Notes: generated by a model not told the origin, from the sequence alone. Positions 9,746-19,217 are shown, numbered from the stretch's first letter. The stretch is 64,000 bases of DNA from Candidatus Woesebacteria bacterium (GCA_016432525.1 CP066693.1:785639-849638), one strand, 5' to 3'. Numbers and translations are program-made.

Positions 9746-11506
9746 TTACCAACTTCCCCCTCCCCCACCTCCAAATCCACCGCCGGAAAATCCACCCCCA
9801 CCAAATCCAGATCCACCAGACCATCCCCCGGATGACTTGGCCCCAGCAACAAAAGAGGAAGAAGCACTAGAGTTAAAACTACTAAATGAACTTACCCAAA
9901 CTGCAGTTGATGCATCAAAATACTTTGGCGGTTTCACTCCCAATTCCTGCATATCACGAGCTAGTTGTTTAACAACCCCGAGTGAAATTGCCAATGGTAA
10001 AATTTCTTCCAAAAATAAATGTTTTTCGCTTATTTCCTCTCGCCATTTTCCTTTTTCAATATAAAACTGGAGACCTTTTATTTGCCTGTAAAGAGCATAA
10101 CCTTTAGGAGTTCTTCTTGGCATTTTATATGCAAGAAAAAGCGAAATTGGAGAAGTCATCAAACTTATTATTACAGCCATATAATTAAAATTTAGTCCGG
10201 AAAAAATAAAGGCTAAAACTGTTCCAAAAATAACTAAAGAGCCAGCCCCAGTTAGATAAATTGCTCGAACCTTAGAAGGATCTCCAAAAAAATATCCTCT
10301 TTCAGAAATCTCTTTATAAAGTTTTTCCCTAAATTCAGAAAGTTTAGGATAAAATTTGGTTCTTAGCTCAGAAAGTTTTACTTGACCTTGGGTTTCCCCA
10401 AACGAAAACAAAGATTCAAATAAATATTTTTGATAATTTCGCAAATTCTCTCCCGGCTCTTTTAGTTTTCTAATCAAATAATCATCCTTCGCCCACTTTT
10501 TAACAATCTTTTCAATCTTTAAATAACCCAATCTCCCCAACTCAGTTATTTCCGAAACCACATCGGCAGTATCAACCCTCTCATCCAAAATTGTTCCAAC
10601 TTCAGAAGGAGTAAGTCCATTTATTGGGCTATACACCAAAGGCAAATATTCTCGTTTATTAATTAAAGGCAATGTCTCAGTCTTTTCGTTATCAGGCTCA
10701 TAATACACATTATCTCCTTTGTATCTAACATCACGCCCGCGCTTAAACCACAAAACAAAAATTATTAGAAATGGCAAAATCGAAAATGGATAACCCCAAT
10801 AGTCAGAAATTAAGTCAAAAGTATTTCTTGAAAATGTAAGTTGATTATCCTTATTTAATCCAACAACTATGCTCATATCAGATCCATTACCCAAAGAAAC
10901 ATTTGATGATGCATCTAAACTATTTTTCTTGGCTGCATCAAAGTCACATTTAGCCTCAACTGAACCGTACAAACCAGAAAAACACTGGAAATCCTTTATA
11001 TCAGCAAAAGCGCTTTCCAGATGAACATGTGTTGACAAAATCTGGGTGTCCCACCCATTTCCTGCAATATTCCAATAAAGCTCGTCATGGTCATCAAATC
11101 TGGCAATTATATTTCGAACACGATAACTGATTCTATAAACTTTAACTCCTGCAACATACGAATTGGGGTCTCCAATCTTAATCTGAATATTATCCCCAGA
11201 GCTTGAAGTTGTATATTTATATCTTTTACTATTTTCGTCAGTGACAGATAAAATCGAAAGCTTGGAATTTATAATCTTTCCATTTTTTTTGTATACAACA
11301 GGAATTGTTCTATAAATTCCATGCCTCTGCTCATTAAACAAAACACGTATTGTTTCAGAAACATTAAGCGATGCATCTTGGTTTATGGAAATATTTGAAT
11401 CAAAACTTTGGATAACATAAGGCAAACTGGGTTGCGAAAAAGCAAAAGAAAAGGGAATTATGGTCATCAAAATAGCAAGAATTATCCCTGAAAAAAGTTT
11501 TCTCAT
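9746..11506 (-). CDS. DUF2207-family membrane protein
   Basis: Signal peptide, large extracellular domain, transmembrane helices and a C-terminal Gly-rich tail (GGWSGGSGFGGGGFSGGGFGGGGGGSW), as in DUF2207. Confidence 0.6.
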   Translation of the reverse strand: MRKLFSGIILAILMTIIPFSFAFSQPSLPYVIQSFDSNISINQDASLNVSETIRVLFNEQRHGIYRTIPVVYKKNGKIINSKLSILSVTDENSKRYKYTTSSSGDNIQIKIGDPNSYVAGVKVYRISYRVRNIIARFDDHDELYWNIAGNGWDTQILSTHVHLESAFADIKDFQCFSGLYGSVEAKCDFDAAKKNSLDASSNVSLGNGSDMSIVVGLNKDNQLTFSRNTFDLISDYWGYPFSILPFLIIFVLWFKRGRDVRYKGDNVYYEPDNEKTETLPLINKREYLPLVYSPINGLTPSEVGTILDERVDTADVVSEITELGRLGYLKIEKIVKKWAKDDYLIRKLKEPGENLRNYQKYLFESLFSFGETQGQVKLSELRTKFYPKLSEFREKLYKEISERGYFFGDPSKVRAIYLTGAGSLVIFGTVLAFIFSGLNFNYMAVIISLMTSPISLFLAYKMPRRTPKGYALYRQIKGLQFYIEKGKWREEISEKHLFLEEILPLAISLGVVKQLARDMQELGVKPPKYFDASTAVWVSSFSSFNSSASSSFVAGAKSSGGWSGGSGFGGGGFSGGGFGGGGGGSW

Positions 11507-11522
11507 AAACTAATTATATTCC

Positions 11523-12068
11523 TTATCTTAAACATAAAGGCCACGGCTCGGTTCCTCTTTTTGAAACCAAATACGCAGCTGTTCTTATTGACTCTTCAAT
11601 GTTAGTCCTCAAAATCGGGTTTGCATCAAATGCCATTTGATTTCTTGTCGAAATCCAAGTATTTGTTGAAAACTGAAACATTCCCAAATAATCGCCATTT
11701 TGAGCATTAGGATTAAAATGCGACTCACAATTTGCAATCCTCTCCAATAAATTTGAATCAACATTATAAACTTGTGCATACCTTTGAATAACCGGTGAAA
11801 TCGCAGGGGGTGACCAAACATCAGGAGTGGGCGTAGGCGCTGGTGGAATTGTTGGCGTCGGAGCTGGAGCCTCTGGAAATGGTGTAGGGGCCGGAGTTGG
11901 CGACTCCGTCGGAGTTGGGTTTGGGCTATCTGTAGGTATTGGCGTTGAACTTGCCTGAATGTACGCTGCCAAGACAGTTTTTTTCTCTTGTTTTTTTGAA
12001 TTCAAAAAAATACTAAAACTAAAAAAACCAACAGCAAATCCGACCAAAAACCAAGTAAATATTTTCAT
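11523..12068 (-). CDS. Rpf-like transglycosylase-domain secreted protein
   Basis: IANCESHFNPNAQNGDYLGMFQFSTNTW matches the Rpf / transglycosylase-like domain. Preceded by a Pro/Thr-rich linker after an N-terminal transmembrane helix. Confidence 0.6.
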   Translation of the reverse strand: MKIFTWFLVGFAVGFFSFSIFLNSKKQEKKTVLAAYIQASSTPIPTDSPNPTPTESPTPAPTPFPEAPAPTPTIPPAPTPTPDVWSPPAISPVIQRYAQVYNVDSNLLERIANCESHFNPNAQNGDYLGMFQFSTNTWISTRNQMAFDANPILRTNIEESIRTAAYLVSKRGTEPWPLCLR

Positions 12069-12097
12069 TTTAGCCTATTATACATATATACTAATAT

Positions 12098-13144
12098 ATG
12101 CCCCAAATTGATAAAGACCTCACCCATAATTTGAAAAAAGCTGATTTAAGATATGTAACAGATACACAGATGGGCATAACCCGCAAAAAGAATGGCCACT
12201 TCAAATATTTTGATACCCACCAAAAACTCATAAAGACCAGCGCAACTCTTAAAAGAATCGAATCTCTTTCGATTCCTCCAGCTTGGAAAAATGTCTGGAT
12301 TTGTCCATCTCCTTCAGGATATCTACAGGCAACAGGCCTTGATAGTAAGAGTCGTAAACAATATATTTATCATCCAGAATGGACAAAAGTTTCCCAAGAA
12401 AAAAAATTCAACAAAGTAGTTTTCTTTGGCTACGCCCTCCCAACAATTAGAAACAAAGTTTACAAAGATATGTTAATAGAAGATCTTATAAAAGATAAAA
12501 TTATTGCAACAGTTATCTGGCTTTTAGAACACACATTCATTCGAATCGGAAACGAGGAGTATGTAAAAGATAATAATTCTTTTGGTCTGACCACTCTTCG
12601 CTCCCGCCATGTAAAAGTACGTGGAAAAAACATAAAATTTCAATTTCGCGGAAAAAGTGGAGTGGAGCAGTCAATAAGTATCACTCATCCTCGAATTGCC
12701 AAGATAATTAAAGAGTGCAGCCAGCTTCCTGGATATGAAATCTTTCAATATTTTGATGAAGGTGGTGAGCGTCATGCGATTAATTCTGAGGATGTAAATG
12801 AATATCTAAAATCCATAACTGGCGAATATATTACAGCCAAAGATTTTAGAACTTGGGGGGCAACCGTCCTTTGTGCGACTTCTCTCAAAGAAATCGGCCC
12901 CTCAAAAGGCGAAATCGAAGAAAAGAAAAATATATCCTCTGCTGTCAAAAAAGTTTCAAGCCATCTTCACAACACAGCCAAAGTCTGTAAAAACTACTAC
13001 ATTCATCCAACTGTTTTTGAAACTTATCAAAAAAATATACTAGTTCCACATTTCAATCGCATTTTTGGACAGAAAAACTCCAAAAATAAAGGTCTTGCCA
13101 AAAGTGAATATGCAACTTTAACTCTAATTCGAAGCTATTCCTAG
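12098..13144 (+). CDS. DNA topoisomerase IB (poxvirus-type)
   Basis: N-terminal FKYFD...IPPAW...LQATGLDSKSRKQYIYH and C-terminal catalytic-Tyr context CKNYYIHP. About 348 aa, as in bacterial TopIB. Confidence 0.75.
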   Translation: MPQIDKDLTHNLKKADLRYVTDTQMGITRKKNGHFKYFDTHQKLIKTSATLKRIESLSIPPAWKNVWICPSPSGYLQATGLDSKSRKQYIYHPEWTKVSQEKKFNKVVFFGYALPTIRNKVYKDMLIEDLIKDKIIATVIWLLEHTFIRIGNEEYVKDNNSFGLTTLRSRHVKVRGKNIKFQFRGKSGVEQSISITHPRIAKIIKECSQLPGYEIFQYFDEGGERHAINSEDVNEYLKSITGEYITAKDFRTWGATVLCATSLKEIGPSKGEIEEKKNISSAVKKVSSHLHNTAKVCKNYYIHPTVFETYQKNILVPHFNRIFGQKNSKNKGLAKSEYATLTLIRSYS

Positions 13145-13250
13145 CCTAAAAACCTATAATGATTGATTAATTTCAACTCATGTGTTATACTTCTCAAAGT
13201 TGTTTAAGATCTCAGGAAAAATTTCGTCTTCTTTTTCAACCCCAAAATAA

Positions 13251-14477
13251 ATGTATTCAAACAATCGATTTAAGTTTCGTCGTAGCCGTTTCGGCCATTC
13301 CAATCATGGTAGCTTTTATCGTGGAAACACAAGCCGTGGTAATTTTCGTAATGGAGGCAGAAAAAGTAAGCTTTTAGGCCAAGATATAAATATGTTTATA
13401 AAAAAGGCAAAGCCAATTGATCCAACAGAAACTCCCATTGCCCACTCAACTTTTAATGAATTTTTTCTTTCAGAAAGCTTAAAACAAAATATAGCAAAAA
13501 AAGGCTATGTTAAGCCTACCCCGATTCAAGATCAGGCAATTTCCCCAATCCTTAAAAACAAGGATTTAATGGGGACAGCCTCAACTGGAACAGGGAAAAC
13601 AGCAGCTTTCTTAATTCCAATCATAGATAAAATCTATAAAAACAAGAAAGATAAAGCCATAATTATAACCCCAACCCGCGAGCTTGCAGTCCAAATAAAC
13701 GATGAGCTTAAAAATCTATCATTTAACATGGGAATCTATTCAACTGTAGTTATAGGAGGAGAAAATATTAGAAATCAAATAAGATGCCTACAGAGAAACT
13801 CTCAAGTTGTCATTGGAACTCCGGGTAGGATCAAAGATCTTCTTAAAAGAAACGCCCTTTCTCTTAAAAATTTTTCAATCTTTGTCCTCGACGAAGTAGA
13901 CATGATGGTTGATATTGGTTTTATTCAGGATATTAAATATTTCATCTCTCTGCTTCCTCAAGTTCGTCAATCTTTGTTCTTTTCAGCAACTATTCCTCCA
14001 AAAGTCCAAGAATTACTTAAAACTTTTGTCAAAAATCCAATAACAATATCACTTAAAAAACAGGATACTTCAGAAAATGTTGACCAAAATATAGTAAGAG
14101 TTATAAATAAAAACAAAAAAATCGAGCAATTACACGAACTTTTGATTAAAGATGGATTTGATAAAGTTTTAATCTTTGGACGTACTAAACACGAAATTGA
14201 AAGATTAAACAAAGAGTTAATTTCAAGAGGTTTTAAATCAGGGTCAATTCATGGAAACAAAAGCCAAGGTCAAAGACAAAGAGTCTTACAAAACTTCAAA
14301 AAAAATAATCTTCAAATTCTTTTAGCTACAGACGTTGCCTCTCGTGGAATTGATATCGATAGTGTAACTCATGTCATAAATTACGATCTTCCTCAAACTT
14401 ACGAAGATTATATCCACAGAATTGGCCGCACAGGTCGCGCTAACAAAAAAGGCGTTGCTCTAACTTTTATTGACTAA
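13251..14477 (+). CDS. DEAD-box ATP-dependent RNA helicase
   Basis: Q-motif and Walker A GTASTGTGKTAAF, TPTRELA, DEVD (motif II), SAT, and HRIGRTGRA (motif VI). Has an RG-rich N-terminal extension. Confidence 0.85.
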   Translation: MYSNNRFKFRRSRFGHSNHGSFYRGNTSRGNFRNGGRKSKLLGQDINMFIKKAKPIDPTETPIAHSTFNEFFLSESLKQNIAKKGYVKPTPIQDQAISPILKNKDLMGTASTGTGKTAAFLIPIIDKIYKNKKDKAIIITPTRELAVQINDELKNLSFNMGIYSTVVIGGENIRNQIRCLQRNSQVVIGTPGRIKDLLKRNALSLKNFSIFVLDEVDMMVDIGFIQDIKYFISLLPQVRQSLFFSATIPPKVQELLKTFVKNPITISLKKQDTSENVDQNIVRVINKNKKIEQLHELLIKDGFDKVLIFGRTKHEIERLNKELISRGFKSGSIHGNKSQGQRQRVLQNFKKNNLQILLATDVASRGIDIDSVTHVINYDLPQTYEDYIHRIGRTGRANKKGVALTFID

Positions 14478-15287
14478 TTAGGACAGTAGTGATCCCCCAT
14501 CAACAATAATCTGTGTTCCGGTTATATAAGAAGACATGTCAGATGCCAAAAATAAAGCAACTTTACCAATATCATCAGGCTCCCCCATTCTACCCATTGG
14601 GATTTTAGCTAAAAATTTCGCGATCATTTCATTTGGGTCCACTGAAGATGTTGCAGGGTGAGTTAACTGCATCTTCTTGACTCCTTCAGTCATTACTCCC
14701 CCAGGCGCAATTGCATTAACCCAAATTTTATACTGAGAAAGCTCTAAAGCTACATTTTTAGTAAATCCCCAGGCTCCGTGTTTTGATGCATCGTAATGAG
14801 CTAGTCCAACACTTGATGGGTGAAGGGCATCAATTGAAGTTATATTAATAATTTTCCCTCCTGCACCTTTCAGAATCATTCTCTCACTTACATATTTTGT
14901 ACAAAGGAAAACTCCCTTCAGGTTTACAGCCAAAACTTTTTCAAAATCAGAAATAGTCATTTGAGTAACAGGGATGTTAGGATAAATTCCAGCATTATTT
15001 ACAAGTATGTCAACTGAGCCAAAAAGCTTAACAGTTTCATCAACCATGTTTTTGACATCTTCCTCAACAGATACATCAGTTTGAATCTCTGCAACCGAAA
15101 ACCCTTTAGATTTAAGATCAGTTACTGCCTTTTCAGATTCTTCTTTTGTAATTCCTGCAATCACAACATTGGCATGCGCCTCTGCAAGCCGTGAAGAAAT
15201 TCCAAACCCAATTCCAACGGCTCCCCCTGTCACAATGGCAGTCTTATTAGACAAATCTAAAAGCTTATCGTAAGGGGTAGGATCCAT
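14478..15287 (-). CDS. SDR-family oxidoreductase
   Basis: TGGAVGIGFG cofactor motif, NNAG, and catalytic YDASKHG. Start set at the internal ATG (MDPTPYDK...), which also removes the divergent overlap with the MFS gene. Confidence 0.8.
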   Translation of the reverse strand: MDPTPYDKLLDLSNKTAIVTGGAVGIGFGISSRLAEAHANVVIAGITKEESEKAVTDLKSKGFSVAEIQTDVSVEEDVKNMVDETVKLFGSVDILVNNAGIYPNIPVTQMTISDFEKVLAVNLKGVFLCTKYVSERMILKGAGGKIINITSIDALHPSSVGLAHYDASKHGAWGFTKNVALELSQYKIWVNAIAPGGVMTEGVKKMQLTHPATSSVDPNEMIAKFLAKIPMGRMGEPDDIGKVALFLASDMSSYITGTQIIVDGGSLLS

Positions 15288-15310
15288 CAAAAATATTATA
15301 CAATAAATTA

Positions 15311-16480
15311 ATGACAAAAATTTCAATTAAAAAATATTTCTCAGGTGTTACCAAGGACACTTTCTTCTTATCTCTAGTCTCTCTTTTTGCAGATATCGCA
15401 ACAGAAATGCTCTACCCAATCCTTCCAATTTTTCTTACTCAGACTCTAAAGGCAAACGGCTCAGCTGTAGGTTTAGTAGAAGGAATCGCAACAGCTACTC
15501 AAAATATTGTTCAAGGTGTATCGGGGTATCTTTCAGATAAAATCCAAAAAAGAAAAGCAATTGCAATAGCAGGCTATACTGTTAGCGCTCTGGCAAAACC
15601 TCTAATTGGTTTTTCAACTCTTTGGCAACAAGTTCTTGGAGTTAGATTTATGGATAGGCTTGGAACTGGTACACGCTCAGCTCCTCGCGATGCCTTAATT
15701 GCTGCCTCAGTTGATAAAAAATCTCGCGGTAAAGCATTTGGCCTGGAGGCAGTTGGTGACAACCTTGGAGCATTTCTAGGTCCCCTTTTGACAATCTTTC
15801 TTTTATTTAGTTTAAAAATTCAAATTCGCCATATTTTCTACCTTGCCGTAATCCCCGGTCTTTTATCAGTTCTAGCAATAACCCTAGTCAAAGAAAAAAA
15901 TATTTCTTTTAGTTCCAAATCAAAGCTTGAAGCAAATCTTCACAAATTTCCCAAAAAATATTACCTCTATCTTTTTGTAACAGCCATATTTGGTCTTGGG
16001 GTTTCCTCAACTTCTTTTTTGATTCTGCAAACCAAATCAATTGGTGTTTCTCTTGAGGGCACAATCCTAATTTATGCATTTTTTAATCTAATTGCTGCCT
16101 TAACTTCGTATCCAGCTGGTTTTCTTTCAGACAAATTCGGACGAAAAAATATTCTTCTTTTATCATTTGTGATTTTTGCACTCACCTATTTAGGCTTTGC
16201 CCTTACCCGAAATATATTGGCAATTACAATTCTTTTTATTTTCTATGGAGCGTTTCAGGGAATCTTTAGATCAGTTGGGAAAGCACAAGTAGTTGACCTA
16301 ATACCCCAAAATTTAAAGGCTTCAGGAATTGGTTGGTACATATCAACAGTAGGCTTAACTAGTTTAGTTGCAAGTTTAGTTTCAGGCCAGCTTTGGGATA
16401 AACTAGGCCATCCAGCAGTTTTTCTATATGGAGCTTTATTTGGAACAATGGGAATTATCTCTCTTATATTTCTAATTTAA
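15311..16480 (+). CDS. MFS transporter
   Basis: About 12 hydrophobic segments and an MFS motif-A-like GVRFMDRLGTGTRSAPRDALI. Confidence 0.8.
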   Translation: MTKISIKKYFSGVTKDTFFLSLVSLFADIATEMLYPILPIFLTQTLKANGSAVGLVEGIATATQNIVQGVSGYLSDKIQKRKAIAIAGYTVSALAKPLIGFSTLWQQVLGVRFMDRLGTGTRSAPRDALIAASVDKKSRGKAFGLEAVGDNLGAFLGPLLTIFLLFSLKIQIRHIFYLAVIPGLLSVLAITLVKEKNISFSSKSKLEANLHKFPKKYYLYLFVTAIFGLGVSSTSFLILQTKSIGVSLEGTILIYAFFNLIAALTSYPAGFLSDKFGRKNILLLSFVIFALTYLGFALTRNILAITILFIFYGAFQGIFRSVGKAQVVDLIPQNLKASGIGWYISTVGLTSLVASLVSGQLWDKLGHPAVFLYGALFGTMGIISLIFLI

Positions 16481-16498
16481 AAGTTATATAATTTATTT

Positions 16499-16870
16499 AT
16501 GCCAGGATATAAAGACAATATCGAAAAATTAACCCTAGAAAATACTTTCTTTCGTCATGTTCTTTTTACAGCTCCCCATTCCCAACTTGTTGTTATGAGT
16601 TTAAAGCCAGGTGAAGAAATTGGTATGGAAGTACACACAGTTGATCAGTTTTTCAGATTTGAAAAAGGAACCGGAAAAGTAATCATTGAGTCAACAGAGT
16701 ATGAAGTTTCAAATGGAGACGCAATAATTGTTCCAGCTGGATCAAACCATAATGTTATAAACACTTCCCAAACCGAAGATCTAAAGCTTTACACCATCTA
16801 TTCTCCATCTCAACACATGGATGGTACCATCCATAAAACTAAACAGGAAGCCATAAACGAGGAAAAATAA
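16499..16870 (+). CDS. cupin-domain protein
   Basis: Small beta-barrel with a cupin-like G(X)5HxH...E...G pattern (GEEIGMEVHTVDQFF...PAGSNHNV). Confidence 0.55.
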   Translation: MPGYKDNIEKLTLENTFFRHVLFTAPHSQLVVMSLKPGEEIGMEVHTVDQFFRFEKGTGKVIIESTEYEVSNGDAIIVPAGSNHNVINTSQTEDLKLYTIYSPSQHMDGTIHKTKQEAINEEK

Positions 16871-16884
16871 ATTTTTTCCTTTTT
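16861..16884 (+). terminator. weak AT-rich hairpin plus T-run overlapping the cupin stop codon
   Basis: GGAAAAA-taaat-TTTTTCC followed by TTTTT. Confidence 0.35.
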
Positions 16885-16913
16885 AAACCCAAGTACATTT
16901 TTAAATAGGAAAC

Positions 16914-16959
16914 TTTAGGTAATATTAGGTATTATCTGGCAAAATTAGGTAATATCTGG
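16914..16959. repeat. three imperfect direct repeats TTAGGTA(A/T)TATCTGG immediately upstream of the fic start
   Basis: ttaggtaatat / taggtattatctgg / ttaggtaatatctgg, ending 12 nt before the ATG. Candidate operator or promoter element. Confidence 0.5.
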
Positions 16960-16971
16960 TAAAGTAAGTTT

Positions 16972-17955
16972 ATGCTAATTCCTCCAAGATATGAGCTTAC
17001 TCCAGAGCTAGTTTCACTTCTCAATTCAATTGAAGCTTCCCGTCAGGTTATAGATTCAATTGAAATTCCCCTAGAAATTGAACAAAATATTCGCCGAGTC
17101 GAAAATCTTAAAAGCTCTCTTTTCTCTGCCAGAATTGAAGGAAACAATCTTAATCTTGAAGATCTACAAAATCCTTCAAAAACTCAAAAAAAAGCAGAGG
17201 TTTTAAATATTTTAAAAGCTATGAACTTTTTAAAAGAAAAGCAAAAAAAAGATATAACCACAGCTGAAATGCTTGCTCTTCACAAAATTACCATGAATGG
17301 TTTAATTGATGGACAAAATTTAGGAGTTTTTAGAAAAAACATGGAAGCAATTTTTAATTCAGCCGGAATTGCAATTTTTATGCCTCCTTCACCAAAACAA
17401 GTGCCTTCTTTAATAGAAAAATTGATTAAATTTATAAATTCAGACAAAGAGCGTTTTGCACCAATTAAAGCATCTCTTACTCACTACACTTTTGAAAAAA
17501 TTCACCCCTTTTTAGATGGCTCAGGCCGAGTGGGACGCCTTTTAATCCAAAAAATTCTTTACAAAGAAGGCTTTGGCATGAAAGGACTTTTATCTCTTGA
17601 AGAATATCTTGATAATCACAGATCTACTTATTACAGAATGCTTGAAGAGCCAGAAAAAGAACTCACAGATTACTTAATTTTTATGCTTACTGCAATTTCT
17701 GAGACTGCTCTAAAAGCAAAAGAATTAGTCCAGCAAAAACAAAAAGTCGAAGTTGAAGATTATCTCCTTCCAAGAAGAGCTGAAATTTTAAGAATCATAA
17801 AAGATCAAAAAATAGTTAACTTTGACCAAATCAGAAGGCGCTTTATGGCAGTAAACCCCAGAACTTTAAGATATGACTTAAAAAAACTTCAGGATGCAAA
17901 TTTGATTAGAAAACTTGGAACCACCAATGGAGTTTATTATGAGGAACAAAAATAA
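16972..17955 (+). CDS. Fic-family protein (AMPylase-type) with C-terminal wHTH
   Basis: Fic motif HPFLDGSGRVGRL (HxFx[DE]GNGRxxR with N to S), plus a C-terminal winged-helix-like segment. Confidence 0.75.
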   Translation: MLIPPRYELTPELVSLLNSIEASRQVIDSIEIPLEIEQNIRRVENLKSSLFSARIEGNNLNLEDLQNPSKTQKKAEVLNILKAMNFLKEKQKKDITTAEMLALHKITMNGLIDGQNLGVFRKNMEAIFNSAGIAIFMPPSPKQVPSLIEKLIKFINSDKERFAPIKASLTHYTFEKIHPFLDGSGRVGRLLIQKILYKEGFGMKGLLSLEEYLDNHRSTYYRMLEEPEKELTDYLIFMLTAISETALKAKELVQQKQKVEVEDYLLPRRAEILRIIKDQKIVNFDQIRRRFMAVNPRTLRYDLKKLQDANLIRKLGTTNGVYYEEQK

Positions 17956-17957
17956 AT

Positions 17958-17985
17958 CCCCTCGGGTTAATTTTAACTCGAGGGG
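17958..17985. terminator. bidirectional hairpin between convergent fic and 18004..18639
   Basis: CCCCTCGGGTTAA / TTAACTCGAGGGG, 13 bp with 1 mismatch. Confidence 0.55.
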
Positions 17986-18003
17986 TATAGGTATATCTCT
18001 AAA

Positions 18004-18639
18004 CTAATCTTTCCAATACTTGTCAGACAATCTCTCCTGTAAAAGCATAACATCAAAGTTAGACGTCAAACCTTTATGCATCCTTGTGGAATTTGCGTCA
18101 AGTCCTTTTGAAACAGGCACCAAGTACGGTGGGAGATAGTTGCCATCTGGGTCAACAAGAAAAGACAAGCTCTCTCCGTCTTCCATTCTGATGTATACCC
18201 TAAAATAGAATCCTTTGGGATATTTTTCGTCTCCTTCGTAAGGGAAAAATATTCTAATGACTTTTTCAGAGCCAATTCTGATGTAGCTTCCCTCTTTTGC
18301 ATGTTTAGATGGCACAACCTTCCGACAAAGGACCTTAGGTCCTTTTCCTAAACAAACACTTCTGCCATCTTCCGATAAAACTGGCATCTCATATACACTC
18401 AATCCTCCTGGAATCTCCATATCTGAAAGAAAAAACCCTTCTACAATATTTTCTTCTTTCGTAAGAGCAAAAACGCTCTTCCAGAATAGAAGTCGCTCGT
18501 ATGGCCCATTCAAGGAGTCTAGTGCGGCAAATACTAGATGTGTTGCTACTCTCTCGTTGCCCTGTGCAAAAGCAGAAACAAGAGGAGCATCCAAAATCTC
18601 TTTCACGATCGGGTTGGAAAAAGTTATCGTTGTGGACAT
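18004..18639 (-). CDS. hypothetical protein
   Basis: 211-aa ORF with no recognised motif. Codon composition is visibly more GC-rich than its neighbours. Confidence 0.35.
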   Translation of the reverse strand: MSTTITFSNPIVKEILDAPLVSAFAQGNERVATHLVFAALDSLNGPYERLLFWKSVFALTKEENIVEGFFLSDMEIPGGLSVYEMPVLSEDGRSVCLGKGPKVLCRKVVPSKHAKEGSYIRIGSEKVIRIFFPYEGDEKYPKGFYFRVYIRMEDGESLSFLVDPDGNYLPPYLVPVSKGLDANSTRMHKGLTSNFDVMLLQERLSDKYWKD

Positions 18640-18702
18640 CTCAAAATCCTTACCTCTAAACGTGCGGTCGATCTAATGGGCCAAGTATATCACAAACCAA
18701 AA

Positions 18703-18728
18703 GCGCCCCGCGTTAAACGCGGGGGCGC
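18703..18728 (-). terminator. GC-rich hairpin GCGCCCCGCG-ttaaa-CGCGGGGGCGC downstream of 18750..19217
   Basis: 10-11 bp all-GC stem in an AT-rich genome. T-rich tract follows on the minus strand. Confidence 0.5.
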
Positions 18729-18749
18729 TCGGACAGGTAACATCATGAC

Positions 18750-19217
18750 CTAAAAGTGGTGCCACATGCCAAATCTTAAAAGCGAAACATTAATCCCCTG
18801 TGACTTAGCCCAAGATTTTAAATCTAAGCTAAAACTTTGCAATGCCTTCTTCCTATCTGTAAGAGACATTGTATTCAAAGAGTCCAGGTTATGTTTCACC
18901 TTAAGACTATTTATTTCATTTAAGATGGCACTTTTTTGATCACTCGTGATCTTACCTTCAGTTACAAGTCGACTAAGCCTGTCCTCAAACCTAGCCTGCA
19001 TGTTTTGCATAATATGCATTTTCCGCTGACTTCTAAATTCATCAAAAAAGCTTTGGACCTGGTCCTTGGGAAGACCAAATTTTTGTGCAAATGCAGATAC
19101 AATATCTGGGTGAGTTTCAGTATCTTGCGCATAAACGCGATTTGTTGCAAAAAAAATGGCTCCAGTAACCATTAGACCAACTAATCCTAAAATCATAGCC
19201 TTGCTTTTAATCACCTT
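18750..19217 (-). CDS. hypothetical secreted protein
   Basis: N-terminal transmembrane/signal segment (MILGLVGLMVTGAIFF). GGAGGTGA RBS 6 nt before an internal GTG, so the start is placed at 19217. Track start is 19232. Confidence 0.4.
   Translation of the reverse strand, partial: KVIKSKAMILGLVGLMVTGAIFFATNRVYAQDTETHPDIVSAFAQKFGLPKDQVQSFFDEFRSQRKMHIMQNMQARFEDRLSRLVTEGKITSDQKSAILNEINSLKVKHNLDSLNTMSLTDRKKALQSFSLDLKSWAKSQGINVSLLRFGMWHHF

Noticed and set aside
9685-9867. 60-aa minus-strand ORF overlapping the DUF2207 3' end
   Set aside because: It is a shadow reading frame across the Gly-rich tail codons.
16914-16959. Possible CRISPR array or mobile-element repeat upstream of fic
   Set aside because: Only three copies of a 15-bp unit with no spacers of regular length and no cas genes. 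More consistent with an operator or promoter element.
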